The notes under the pieces are model-generated. The model saw only the letters and a list, made by a program, of their open reading frames with translations. It was not told the DNA's origin and made no database searches. Made by a program: the position numbers and the translations under genes. A stretch of 64,000 bases of DNA. Origin: Octopus vulgaris (taxonomy: Eukaryota). This document shows positions 25,559 through 39,975 of this stretch, in pieces. How positions within the stretch are numbered: the stretch's first letter is position 1; each line of letters starts with the position of its first letter. The stretch is taken from NCBI GenBank assembly GCA_951406725.2, contig OX597822.1, positions 14,570,001 to 14,634,000 on the forward strand, in the 5' to 3' direction.

Positions 25559-25716
25559 TCATATATGCATACACCAACATACATACATACAATCGTCCAT
25601 CTATAATATATAAATATACAAATTTGCAAGCATACTTGCATAAATACATACATGCATACACACACACAGATACACACATACATATATGTGTGTATACATA
25701 CACAATCATGCACGTA

Positions 25717-25825
<109 letters not shown>

Positions 25826-25921
25826 ATCCAAACAAGAAAACACAAAAAAAAACACAACAACGCGAGGACGTGGAACAAATATAGTATTATTGGACGCTCA
25901 GGAAAGAAGGAAAGGAGGAGG

Positions 25922-25956
25922 GTTTAACGTTTCGAGCGGAGCTCTTCGTCGGAAAC
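25922..25956 (-). ncRNA. Minimal PLE-type hammerhead (U4C) in a (TA)n-flanked fragment (25822-26035)
   Basis: GUUU-CCGACGA-A-GAGC-UCC-GCUC-GAAA-CG-UU^AAAC; identical core at 63388-63422. Confidence 0.7.
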
Positions 25957-26228
25957 ATTGGAGAAGGAAAGATCCAGAGAAGGGAAGACAGGGGAAAAAA
26001 AATCGCCAACGGTACACACGAGGTCACATTTTGAAATATATATACATATATATATATATATATATTATTGTGAGAGTTAGAGGCTGGGAAACCAGCCAAG
26101 GGATAGTACCTATCCAATATACTGCTGGTAGTGTGCCCCGTTATTCATACCCAAGTGCTAGCTATTGCGAGGCAATGTTGCAATTGAGTGTCATATATGG
26201 GCGGGGTTAAAATGTGGTTGATTTATAC

Positions 26229-26396
26229 GGCAAATAAGAAATTGGAGAGGATGCAAAATCGACATACATCAGCTGTTAGATATTCCAGTGTGTCATACTT
26301 TTTAATATTTTCTAATGCTTTGGAATAAATAGATACACTGGAATATCTACCGGCTGATGTAGGTCGGTTTGTATCCTCTCCATTTTCTTATTTGCC
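26229..26396. repeat. Foldback element, about 65-bp arms
   Basis: GGCAAATAAGAAATTGGAGAGGATGC...TTCCAGTGTGTC / GATACACTGGAATATCT...CCTCTCCATTTTCTTATTTGCC. Confidence 0.8.
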
Positions 26397-26407
26397 TATG
26401 TATATAC

Positions 26408-26520
26408 ATCACCGTGACCGACCTGGCTATCAAATGTTGCTACACATCGCTGGTCACAATGCTTCGCATTATTTTAGACTTCAAATGACGCCACCCCGCT
26501 GGCTAAGCGAGCAGGCCAAC
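26408..26520 (-). mobile_element. About 115-bp GC-rich repeat inserted in (TA)n; second copy at 28773-28890 (+)
   Basis: GGCCTGCTCGCTTAGCCAGCGGGGTGGCGTCATT...TGTGACCAGCGATGTGTA shared between copies. Confidence 0.7.
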
Positions 26521-26554
<34 letters not shown>

Positions 26555-26780
26555 ATGTATGCATGTATGTATGTATACATATATATATAGAGAGAGAGAG
26601 TGAGAGAGATACATAAATATATTACATATATGCATACGTAATATAAATATATACCCACATATACATACATGGTATATGCATACATAAAAGCGCTCATACA
26701 TACATACATACATACATACATACGCACATATATTTCATGCATAAAGGCATATACACATACAGAGGAATACATACACCCAC

Positions 26781-26865
<85 letters not shown>

Positions 26866-27461
26866 CATACATACATACATAAATTCATTCACTAATTGTT
26901 TAATCATTTACCAAGAAAACAGCGTCCCATTATACACGTTGATGAAAAATGAAAAATATGCGCGGATTTGTAAGACGAAGAGTAAGATAAATGTGGCAAG
27001 TTAAACTAATAATTAAACAAACAGCAGAAGGTGTGAATATTACACAAAAGGCTCAGAACTACCGGAGCCGAATGAACTGAAGCATTCGATTCGACATAAA
27101 GACCAAATGGAGGATCGTTTGTTTTGCTATCTTTAGATGAGAGAGCAATGCCGTTGGCGCGAAACGGCTTTTATTATTGACGGCCATAAAAAAATAAATG
27201 TGCTTCATAAAGTTCTTATATCTAAATAGATGCGTGGAGTTCATATTTGTGTATGATTATGCACACGGGTGTATAAAATTATCTGTGTGTGTATATCTAT
27301 ATATGTACGTAATTCAACAGTGTACATATATTTACACAGGCATTTATACATCAATTCGATATATACATGCAATCGTACATACATACAAGGGCACACAAAC
27401 ACACACACATACACAAACATATATATACGTATGTATATATATATATACATACATATATATA

Positions 27462-27505
<44 letters not shown>

Positions 27506-27629
27506 TGTGTGTGTGTGTGTAATTATAGAAATGTATCTATGTATGTACATATGTATATGTAAGTAAACATGTATTGTGTGCGTGTGGGTGTGATAATATC
27601 AACCGAAGAGGTGTATTCCTTTTCTTTTT

Positions 27630-27803
27630 CTTTTATTGGTTTGTCATTTGACTGCGGCTATGCTGGAGCAGCGCCTTTAGTCGAGCAAATCGGCACCAGG
27701 ACTTATTCTTTGTAAACCTAGTACTTATTCTATCGATCTCTTTTGCCGAACCATACCAGCATCGGTTGTGAAGCGATGTTAGGGCAACAAACACCGACAC
27801 ACA

Positions 27804-27880
<77 letters not shown>

Positions 27881-28030
27881 CGGGCTTCTTTCAGTTCCGT
27901 CTACCAAATTCACTCACAAGGCATTGGTCGGCCCAAGGCTATAGTTGAAGACATCTGCCAAAGGGGCCACGTAGTGGGACTGTGTCCGGAACCATGTGGT
28001 TGGTAAGCTACTTATCACACAGCCACTCCT
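27630..28030 (-). mobile_element. SINE family B
   Basis: Head and tail match 21399-21806. Confidence 0.8.
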
Positions 28031-28723
28031 GTATATTCATTAGTTATAAATAATCAATGATATGAAAGTATGTGTGTGCGTACGTGTATGTATGTATGTA
28101 TGTGTGTATGTATGTATGTATGTATGTATGTATGTATGTATGTATGTATGTGTGTATGTATGTACGTGTCACCGAACATGTATGTGGTGGGGGAGCGTGT
28201 CGTTTTTCTGGTCCTGCATTAAAATACCGATGGTTTCCTGTCATTTACTTTTTACCGTAACATTTTTTAATAACTGTGTGCGCGACGAATTATTAAATGA
28301 ATGAAAGGAATATATTTATGTGTATCTATGTATTTATATACGCATGAATGTATAATTGTGCGCGTATATATATATATGTATATATTTATAACTTATTATT
28401 GTTGTTTATTGTCCATAACAAAAAGAAATATCAGCTTTCTATCTTTTAATATGTGCGTCTTTTTTTCCGAGGAGTTGAAAAGGCAGTTACCTAATTCAAT
28501 GTGTACACTTATTGATAAACACACAGATAGAAAGAGAAGCAGATAGACAATGACTTAGACAGACAGCTGGAGTCAGAAGAAAAGAGCAGACAGGCACAAA
28601 GACAATAGATAATTACATACATATACACATACACGCACACGCACACACACACAGACTGAGACTCTGATACACTTCAATACAAAATTATATGTACGTATAC
28701 ATGTATATATCTATGAATGCGCA

Positions 28724-28983
<260 letters not shown>

Positions 28984-29014
28984 TATATATATAATCTTTT
29001 CTTTTTATTGTTTT

Positions 29015-29230
29015 CTTTTGCTTGTTTCAGTGATTTGACTGCGGCCATGCAGAAGCGCCACCTTTAGTCGAACGAATCAGCCCCAGGACTTATTCTTTGT
29101 AAGCTTAGTACTTATTCTATCGGTTTATTTTGCCGAGCCGCTAAATTACGGGTATTTAAACAAAGCAGCTTCGGTTGTCAAACGATAGCGGGGGACAAAC
29201 ATAGGCACACAAGCATACAAACACACACAA
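29015..29230 (-). mobile_element. SINE family B, 3' half
   Basis: TTGTTTCAGTGATTTGACTGCGGCCATGC tail. Confidence 0.75.
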
Positions 29231-29234
29231 ATAT

Positions 29235-29297
<63 letters not shown>

Positions 29298-29309
29298 GTG
29301 AGAGAGAGA

Positions 29310-29355
<46 letters not shown>

Positions 29356-30087
29356 GTTTAAATATTTGTTGTGCAAGATTCTTTGTGTGAAGTCGTGTGT
29401 TAAAACAGATATTGTTATATTTCGGAATGGTCATTTTGCCAGTTTAGCCAATAAAAACACACGCACTATATATTTGGTGTTATTTTGCTTCAGTGCTATT
29501 TATTTTTTACATTAATCTTAATCTTATTTCAGCCAGAGTTCTTTCGTCACACTCCTGTGACCGCATCAGTGGTCCTTTATTTTCTTCTTCCTTATTTGTG
29601 TCTCTTCTTACTAACCGTCAGCCATTTTGTATTTCTATTGTATGTCTTCATTTGCGTATGCTTATATCTCTATGTGCGTCTATGTTTATTTAGTGTGTGT
29701 ATGTGGGGGGATGCCTGTAATATTTGTATCTTCTGTTTATATACGTTCATGTAATTTGTATTTTGTTTTTGTTGTTGTTGTTTTTGTTTATTCTTATTTT
29801 GTTCATGTGTATACATCCAGTTATTATTATCATTACATAGGCTTGTATGTATGTATGTATAACAACAATATTAATAATAATAATAATAAATTGAATCGAA
29901 AAAAAATTTATATATAGTTATTTATTTCTATTTGTTTATCTATCTGTGTATTTATTATGTTTTCGGGATCCTCTATCGTCATATGTTGTGGTGTGTGCTA
30001 GTGCTCCATTCTAGTTTTCTATTCAGGCTAGGTTTATTTTCTATTATGTGTGTAGCTTCTGTAATTTACAGAAGTGTGTGTGTGTGT

Positions 30088-30129
<42 letters not shown>

Positions 30130-31049
30130 GTGTGTGTGTATGTGTGTGTGTATTGTATATGTATATGGATCTTTGTGGTTATCATCACTGTCTATAGTTT
30201 TGTTCCAATTGTGTTCAAATTTCGTAAATGGATTAAGTTTTGTATACTAATTATGAAAATGAAATTCCTTTTACTTATAAATTCGCAATTAAAAAGTTAT
30301 CAGCCTTTAAAATTTGCAAAATTTGGGTATTTTAACCGATCAGAATCTGTTAGCATATTAAGCAAAGAAGCACCACCTATTCCATAGCCGATAGCAAAGA
30401 CCTCTCTTTTTCCATAGTAACCAAAGATGCTGCGCATGCACACAAGGAGTGTAGCCACCAAATTGATTGTAATCAGGAATTTGAGAGCACCTGGGCATCT
30501 TTAAAGCGTGGAAATAAACGCCAGGGTGGGTCACACCGTTCAATGGTTGACTCTTTTCTTTGTGAATTTATGTGGAGAAGGAGATATGAGAAAGATAATT
30601 TATTTTATAAAATCCTAGAGTCTATTGCAAACTTTCGTTCATGGGTTTTTAACTAATAAATGTCAGTTTAAGCAATGTTTTGACTGTTATTTCTAGCAAC
30701 TGCTATTGGTGTGCTCGTAGCTTTTAAATATTTAATTTGCACGTGAATCTTTGAATGTTTTTCACAGTTTACTGTAGCGAGTTTAATGTCTTGACATGCC
30801 GGTCCCCACCCTCCGCTCTTTCTCGCTACTGTGACAGATGATGGAAGAGGCAGCGAACGCACTGTTTTCTGATCGGCTGAAAATTCTGAAAATGATCAAA
30901 CTTTGAACTCCTGTAATATTTTCGTAATTTTTTTTTTGTAATAAAGAATAACAAATTCGGGTTCAGCGGCAAAAATTACATCTACATGGTACATTAAAAC
31001 ATTTTTTTTTAAGATTTCGACATGCAGTGACGATCACTAATAAAGATCC

Positions 31050-31122
<73 letters not shown>

Positions 31123-31521
31123 GTAGAATCTTCTTTACGTCAAAATGTACCTTCTTGCGACAATGTAACCATTAATCTAATCAAGATATCCTTGGCCTGA
31201 AGAGAAGCCGGCATTATACATCTCGCTTGGATTTTACCACTTATGAGTTTCCACTCGCTCTAAAGCATATGTAGCCTGGACTTTTCCAACTCCATCCCGT
31301 AACTTATGAATTCTTTTTCGCATACTCGGCAACCCTGGTCGCCTACCGTGGAATATAAAAAGAACCTATTTTCTCTACATCGTTCTTCGATGAAGAAAAA
31401 TAATCTTCCATCTCAATAAACCACTATTGTTCTTGCAAGTTGTTTGTTTATATTTTCTATGGTTTGTTTGAAGTTAACTTTCTTCCTACACCTCGATCCC
31501 TGAATCTTACATTGATATGTA

Positions 31522-31660
<139 letters not shown>

Positions 31661-31942
31661 GGTATGTCATATTTTCCGTTAGCTGCTCTGGGATATTCCA
31701 AAAAGAGCTGCAAGATTTTGAATTTCTTCCTATAATAATATTATATATGACTTGAGATGTTTGCCTTGCCTTAATGTTTGCTGTCCTCTTTAACAATTAT
31801 GTATCCGCTGAATCGGAAATCTGCAAAGGCTCCGTAACTGCCGTCTCGGGTATAACCTTGGAGCCCTGCTAGTAATCTGTTACAGCACCTACCTAGCATA
31901 CCTAATCGTTTAGATCACCTGTGAACTAAACCCCATATTTTA

Positions 31943-32002
<60 letters not shown>

Positions 32003-32018
32003 CATACATACACACGCA

Positions 32019-32095
<77 letters not shown>

Positions 32096-32508
32096 GTATT
32101 GATAGACAGATTGATATCGGTATACATGTATTATGTATGTATATATGTGTGTGTGTGTATGTATGTAAACGTACATACAATGCATACGCACACACAAATA
32201 TTCATAAAAACACTCATGCATGCATACATACAAACATACGTACATATAAACGTGTATACATGCAAGCATACATTCATATATTCGTAGATATATATACATT
32301 TGTAATAAATCATTATAAGAGTGTCCCTGCAGTAGACAAAGCGATAAATAATCGCATGTTCTACATCAGGTTGAAAAAGAAAACACTCAGAATGTGGAGA
32401 AGGAGACAGACGGTTACCTGATGACCTAAATTTCCATACACTCTTCTTCATTCTGTTTTTTTTTTAATAAAGGCTAATATATTATAAATAATATAAATAC
32501 ATACAGAG

Positions 32509-33030
32509 ACGGCGAGCTGGCAGAAACGTTAGCACGCTGGGCGAAATGCGTAGCCGTATTTCGTCTACCGTTACGTTGAGTTCAAATTCCGCCGTGGTCG
32601 ACTTTGCCTTTCATCCTTTCAGGGTCGGTTAAATAAGCACCAGTTACGACTTAATCCGTTTGTCTGTTCTTGTTTGTCTTCTCTGTGTTTAGCCCCTTAT
32701 AGGCAGTAAAGAAATAGGTATTTTGCCAGTCGCTATGTTCCACCGGGGTCGACTTTGTCTTTCATCCTTTTCGAGCCGATAAATTAAGTACCATTGAAGC
32801 ACTGGGATCGATGTAATTGACTGGTCCCCGACCCCAAAATTTCAGGTGACCTGGCAGAATCGTTAGCATACCGGGAAAAATGCATAGCGGCATTTGTCTG
32901 TCTTTACGTTCTGAGTTCAAATGCCACCGAGGTCGATTTGTCATTCATCCTTCCGAGGTCGATAAAATATGTACCAGCTGAACATAATCAGAGTCGGAAT
33001 TTTCTGGCCTTGTGTCTAAATTTGAGACCA
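32509..33030 (+). mobile_element. SINE family A array
   Basis: Head-body-tail A, junction AAAGAAATAGGTATTTTG, body-tail B, then a further copy. Confidence 0.8.
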
Positions 33031-33036
33031 TTATTA

Positions 33037-33124
<88 letters not shown>

Positions 33125-33128
33125 CATG

Positions 33129-33870
33129 TACGAGTTTGGGCTCAAGAGCTCATAAGCTGACTATGAAGGAATGTCGCAAGAGCTGTGAAAACTTGTATGT
33201 ATTAATATCAACGTCTGTTATAAACTGCATTGGTCCTTTCCAAATAAATTGACATGTAACTGCTTAAAGAACACTTCAAATGTAACTAGTAGCGACTTCT
33301 TTTAAAAATGAACAAAATTTGACATTGTGGTATTATCATGTACCTGTAGTAAATGGATTTAGCATCCAAGGACACTCATGCTGACATGGTTGCTACATTA
33401 GGGGATGGATGCCCCAGCTTGGGCAGCTGAATTTAGTGGAGTTAGGATTCTGGAAGATGGTCCAAGGTCTGGACGTCCTGCAACTTGCACCACTGAGGAA
33501 AACATTGATCGTGTTCACCACATGATGATGGATGGCAGGCGATTGACTATAAATCAAAAAGTCAAGTATTTTAGCATATCCCGTGAGAGAGCTGAGAATA
33601 TTCTGTGCAACGAACGAAGGTTTCTGGTCGGTAAGTGCCACGTCATTTGACACGTGATCAAAAGCGCACCAGGATGATCACATCACGGAGAAATTTAACA
33701 TTGTTTGAGGCGGATCCAGCTGCTTTCCTTGAGCGTTTCCTAACCGAGGATGAGTATTAGGTTAATCCCCTTGAGCCAAAGACAAATAGATAATCGATCG
33801 CTCCTCATCTACTCTAAAAATACAACGTCGTTTCATCTGCAGGGAAGGCGAGGACCTGAGATGTTGGGGG
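33129..33870 (+). mobile_element. Mariner transposase pseudogene (N-terminal HTH region to the first catalytic Asp)
   Basis: LEDGPRSGRPATCTTEENIDRVHHMMMDGRRLTINQ...FLERFLTEDE; starts at TACGAG. Confidence 0.85.
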
Positions 33871-33961
33871 AGTAAAAGACATTGCGTTTATTGAATATCT
33901 TTAAAATGGGGAGAACTATGCAAACGCACACACACACACACGCCACCACACACACACGCCA

Positions 33962-34019
<58 letters not shown>

Positions 34020-34030
34020 ACATATATATG

Positions 34031-34065
<35 letters not shown>

Positions 34066-34088
34066 GTATGTATATATATATATTTATA

Positions 34089-34202
<114 letters not shown>

Positions 34203-34751
34203 GAGAGAGACAGAGACAGATAGATAAACAGATAGCGCTGGAACCGAAACACGCACACACACGATCTTCTAGTTCCCGTGCAACGGGAGATCAAATAGCG
34301 AGAGTCATTGACACCCCCGTGCCAACACATCTATCTCCACCCCCACCCCCAGAACTAACCCAACCACCATCACCTCCACTGAGCCACTGAGTGGGCATTG
34401 CTTGGTCACGCTCAATTTACTATTAGTACCACCACCACCACCACCACCGAACCCGACCTCGGTGACACACGCTCTATGGTGTTACGTCACCAACGGACAC
34501 GTGGCGGCACGCGACCAGCGCCTGGTGTACTTTGTTGATAACATGTATATTTGTTTATTGTTGGTGTTCATGTTTATGTTGTTTTTGTAGTAAATCTTGC
34601 TGCTGGTGCTGATGGTGACGATGATGACAATGATGATGATGATGATGATGATGATGACGAGGAGGAGGGGGGGGGCTTTTCCTTTTTTTCCTATTTCCTT
34701 TTATTGAATGTCAACAAATATTTGAACATACTTTCACATGTCTGCATACGA

Positions 34752-34810
<59 letters not shown>

Positions 34811-34834
34811 CACACACATCATCGTCTATTTGTT

Positions 34835-34987
34835 TCAGCTCTGTGATAAGAAGATTGCTTTGCAGCCATATGGTTCCAAGTTCAGTCCCACTGCGTGTCA
34901 CCTTGGGCAAGTGTCTTCTACTATAGCCTCGGGCTGTCCAAAGCCTTGTGAATGGATTTTGTAGACGGAAACTGAAAGAAGCCCGTC

Positions 34988-35070
<83 letters not shown>

Positions 35071-35455
35071 TGTGTGTATGTGTGTATGTATGTGTGTGTA
35101 TGTATGTATTTGGGTGTCTGTGTTTGTCCGCCCACCATCGCTTGACAACCGATGTTGATATATTTACGTTCCCGTTATCTAGCGGTTCGGCAAAAGTAAC
35201 TGATAGAATAAATACTAGGCTTACAAACAATGAGTCCAGGGGTCGATTCGTTCTACTAAAGGCGGTGCTCCAACATAGTCACAGTCAAATGCATGAAACA
35301 CATTAAAGAGTAAAAGAATATGTACGATGAGCTTCTTTCAGTTCCCGTCTATGGGCTCAAGGCTATAGTAGACGACACTTGCTTGAGGTGCCATGCAGTG
35401 GGACTGAACCCGGAATCGTACAGCTGGGAAGCAAGCTTCTTACCACACAGCCGCA
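34835..35455. mobile_element. SINE family B full copy (+, 34835-35318) and partial copy (-, 35325-35455)
   Basis: Matches the family B reference copy. Confidence 0.8.
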
Positions 35456-35544
35456 ACGGGACAATGCTAGAATCGAAGAATTTTCGCTTGCTGGTGTTCG
35501 TTCTATTGAGATATTTAGGGGAACCAGGGTCACCAGAAATATAT

Positions 35545-36128
35545 GAATAATAACCCTTTCTACAATAATAACCCTTTCTACAAATCTGGGGCAGGGGTTA
35601 AGTCGATTACATCGACCCCAGTGTTTTACTGGTACTTATTTTGCTGACCCCGAAAGGATGAAAGGTAAAATCGACCTCGGCAGAATTTGAACCCAGAACA
35701 TAACACCGGCGAAATACCTATTTCTTTACTACCCACAAGGGGCTAAACACAGAGAGGACAAACAAGGACAAACGGATTAAGTCGATTATATCGATCCCAG
35801 TGCGTAACTGGTGCTTATTCAATCGACTCCGAAATGATGAAAGGTAAAGTCGACCCCGGCGGAATTTGAACTCAGAACGTAGCGGCAGACGAAATACCTA
35901 TTTCTTTATTACCCGCAAGGGGCTAAACACAGAGGGGACAAACAAGGACAGACATAGGTATTAAGTCGATTACATCGACCCCAGTGCGTAACTGGTACTT
36001 AATTTATCGACCCCGAAAGGATGAAAGGTAAAGTCGACCCCGGCGGAATTTGAACTCAGAACGTAGCGACAGACGAAATACCGTGAAGCATTTCGCCCGG
36101 CGTGCTAACGTTTCTGCCAGCTCGCTGC
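35545..36128 (-). mobile_element. SINE family A trimer (head + 2 x body-tail A + body-tail B)
   Basis: Two identical junctions GAAATACCTATTTCTTTA near 35711 and 35892. Confidence 0.9.
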
Positions 36129-36380
36129 CCTCCTAAATGAATAATAATAAACGATGAAACAACAATTTCGATAACTGATGAAAAGGATTTTTACTTTCAA
36201 GTATTAAATATTCATTAAATTTAGTCAACATTTCGAAATGATTGGTATAGACATAAACATTGAAGCTTGTGATTGAGAGTCTCGCAATGGAAATGTATTA
36301 GAAAATGGAATTGATAATTATTTGATAGAAGTTTGATAGAATTGCCATTTTCATTCTAATTAACGACAATTGTTTGTATA

Positions 36381-37350
36381 TACAGGCTTCGATAAATTAA
36401 TGAAAGCACCTTGTTGAATGGAAGGTTTATTATTTGATACGAAGTTAGTCCACCTTTGATAGGAGAATTGTGAGCCATTCTTCAAGTAAAACCTGTTTTA
36501 TCTTTTTTCAGAGCCTGTGATGGTGGAGGTGGGTGCGTCTCTACTGCTGCTCGAAAATACCCCGTAAATGATCAATTATATTGAAACCCAGTGAGTGTGG
36601 AGGTTAATTAAAGGGTTTTACTTCACTTTTGTTCTTTTCGTACCAATTTGAATAACGTTATCTATGTTAATTGAAGCATTACCATCCTGGAAGATTCCGT
36701 TACAATCAGGGAACAATGATTGTTGCAAAGGATGGACATAATCAACTAAAATACTGAGATAATTCTGCCATGTAGAACAGCCACGAGGGTTAAGAGAATT
36801 CCCTGATATGGCTCTGACCAATTCATCACAGTGTCACCTCGTGGTTCATGGTAAGAACCAAACAAGGGTTGAAGGCTTCTTGCGCCCTCCATAGAGAAAC
36901 TCGCTTTAATGCAGGAAACGAGATGGTTAATCGGATAAGATGAAGTTGTTACACTGCGCTGTTGACTATTTCTAGTAGTCTAGAAGCCATTTTTTCCTGT
37001 TAATTAATATTGATGGGAGAACAGGAGAGGTTTACCAATTGCAGCCCTCCTATGGTATCTAGCTCTATAAACCTCACAGGGAACAGTTGACCCAAAGTGG
37101 CTTAGCTCTTCTGTCACTTTCGATGCCGTAGTTCAATGGCTTTTAGACACAATACATTTCGCTATTCTGTGATCCCGCTGTGTGAACTTTCCTTCCAGAA
37201 TTATGCCTTCCAAAGTTAGTTTTACCTTGGTCTTCAAATGTCAACACGACTTCAGAAACTGTACCTCTCGAAAGATTAAAAACGTTCAGCAGTGTTAGTG
37301 ACTTAAACACGAGCCATCTGATTTTCAACAATTATCAAATCTATTCGGAT
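36381..37350 (-). mobile_element. Tc1-like transposase pseudogene
   Basis: NLSRGTVSEV...RHNSGRK; YLSILVDYVHPLQQSLFPDCNGIFQDGNAS; TACAG terminus. Confidence 0.75.
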
Positions 37351-37459
37351 TTCTCTTATAGCCACTTGTGAGGCTGCGACCTTGCTTTAGAGAAAGTCGG
37401 AATTTAATTCATTCGAGAAATATTATGAATTTTCTATACTCAGCATATTTCACGAGTCA

Positions 37460-37652
37460 TAAAGACTCATAGGGCAAATATATTTCTCACTGGACGGAAC
37501 ACCGATCTGTCGCCGCATTATGCATTTTTGCCAGCCAAGTGGACTGGTGCACCGTGAAATGAAGTGTTTTGCTCAAGGACACAACGCGTCCAGGAATCGA
37601 AACAACATTCTTACGCTCATAGAATCAAAAGCCCTAATCATTAAGCTACGCA
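37460..37652 (-). mobile_element. SINE family C, diverged
   Basis: GTGAAATGAAGTGTTTTGCTCAAGGACACAACGC core. Confidence 0.7.
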
Positions 37653-37786
37653 CCTCCATATTGTGTGTGAGTGTGAGTGTGTGTGTGTGTGTGTGTGTTG
37701 GGGTGTGTGTGTGTGTGTGTGTATAAAATACATCTGATCCGGTTGTCTGTGTATGTATATGTGTATATAAAATGCATCTGTTCCAG

Positions 37787-37837
<51 letters not shown>

Positions 37838-38255
37838 CGCGTGCATGCGACCAGTTCCGATGTATTTTGATCTTAACATCGGCGGCATTTGGGCCCAGAA
37901 TGTAAAGAGCGGGAACAAACAGCGCAAAACACTTTCTCTGCCGCTCCAACAATTATGGGCCCAATCCGTGAGGTTAAGAGACCGCAACAGCGGTAATAAA
38001 ATGTGTTTGAGAAGATACTGAAATATCTTTAATAGAAAAGCAAGACAAATACAAAAGCGTCTGTTGTGGCCATTGTTGTATGAGTTTTGAGTTGGGAAAC
38101 GTTTTGTAATTGCCGAATAAAAGCATCTTTTCACGATCAAAGTAACACAAGCGATTGCATCCAACAATAACGTCTGCATTTAAGCAGAGACGGAAAAGCT
38201 TCGTGGATTTGTGTGTCGGTGTGTGTGCGTTTGAGTATTATATGAGTACGCTTGA

Positions 38256-38296
<41 letters not shown>

Positions 38297-39319
38297 CTTC
38301 TTAATGACACCATGTGTGAAGTTATGGAAAGAAGATTTTCTAGAGTAACTCAATGACCCTTCTTTAGCGCCATTATTGAGGACGGAACAAACGAGTGAGG
38401 GATAGAGGGTGGCAATGACGGAAGAGGGGATTGCATGAATGGCGGGTGTGAGAGAGTGGATGAGGGAGGGAGGGAGGGAAGGAGATAATGAGGAGGAGAA
38501 AGAATGGGTCAGTGAGTGATTAGGATGAGTGAAATAACTGAACGTGCTAGTGAAGAGGGCAGCATTTGTTACGTAGATCTATTATCAAAAGTGTTCTTGC
38601 TATGACCATCCCGACTTCTAATTAAACAAACATTTGATCATGAAAATCGGTACAACTTGATGTATATTTATTTAGATTTTAGAGACAAAGCAGCATATTA
38701 TATTCTGTTCAACATGTATTATAAAAGAAATTCTACATAGTACATGAAAATTAACAGTTGTCGGAATGGTTACAGCATTATGCAAGATTGAATATATTGA
38801 GTAACGATGACACGATTGTAAACAAAATGGCCTGCTAACTTCATTCTCTGAGAATGTCATTATACACCAGATAATTTGAGTGGTAGAGTGAAAACGTTAC
38901 CCATTTTCTGATAGCCGATTTTTGTAGCAGTGCTTCATGTGATAAAAAATAAAGTTATAGACCCCAAAACACTAAATATATATGTGTATGCGAGTTTATG
39001 TGTGTGCTTATACTAGCTGGCATCCGCATTTGTGGTACACTACCGCTGGATCTACTTCGGGAACTCTCCAGTGGCATTTAGGGAAATAATATTAATTAAT
39101 AAGTAGATGGGTTTCCTATTAGATCGTTATTGGGTACAGCATACGTCTCGACCCACACAACAACTCAGCCGACACTAAAAATCCCTAGTGGAACATCTTT
39201 ATCAATGTAACTACAAAGACCCAGACTGATGGGACGAAACATATGCTGCACCTAATAAACGTCTACTACGAAAGCCATCTACTATTAATTAATACTATTA
39301 CATCTATATATGTGTGTGT

Positions 39320-39650
39320 GTGTGTGTATGTTGTTTGTATTTGTAACTGTGTATCATGTTCTCCGTTTTTTTCTGTTTTTGTTGTACACATTCGCCTGCT
39401 TTCATACAAAAAATCTAATGCTCTTAGCTTAGACTTTGGGACAGTGGGGCGGTGGGCAGCCAGATCGAACAATCTTAAGTGTAACTGCCCGAAACTGTAA
39501 AGACATCTGGTAACTTGACTAACGAAAGAGGGCCACGAATGACCAGTCATTTTTTCCTGTCCCTCTAACTGTTGTTTTTCCTGTCCGCCTTTGTATCGTC
39601 TATAGGTCCGGATGTTTTATTGTTCTCTATTGCGTTTTTGTTCCATTATA
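39320..39650 (+). repeat. Structured dispersed repeat, copy B (related to 43195-43485)
   Basis: Shared AATCTAATGCTCTTAGCTTAG...CCAGAT...CCGAAA...ATCTGG...CTTGACT...CGAATGACC. Confidence 0.7.
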
Positions 39651-39668
39651 TATATGTATATATATATA

Positions 39669-39975
39669 CTGTTTCAGCTTCAAAGCTACGGTCATACTTG
39701 GGCACCATCATTGACTGTGCTACATCATTATCTGAAACCCCCTCTAATATGTGGCATTAGGTGAATGAGGGAGTTTGATGCCGCTGCCCTCATCTGTGTT
39801 TCCTGCTGAGATGTCGGCTCATCTGGAACGCTTGACAGGAGGATATCTTGTTTTGTTTTGAAGGCACCTACACCCACCCCATGCAGGAACCTCAGTAATT
39901 TTGAAAGGGTATTGAAGAGCTGTGGGCCCTCGAAACCCAAACAGTTGCAGTATCTGGTCCTGTATTTTGATGGAG
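39669..39975 (-). mobile_element. CR1-group-like LINE 3' end, second copy
   Basis: GFEGPQLFNTLSKLLRFLH...FKTKQDILLSSVPDEP. Confidence 0.7.

Noticed and set aside
32415-32440. CTGATGA core
   Set aside because: No downstream stem II or GAAA.
39205-39252. CCCA..TGGG-AC-GAAA-CATATG resembling an HHR 3' half
   Set aside because: CUGANGA core and cleavage-site U not recognisable.
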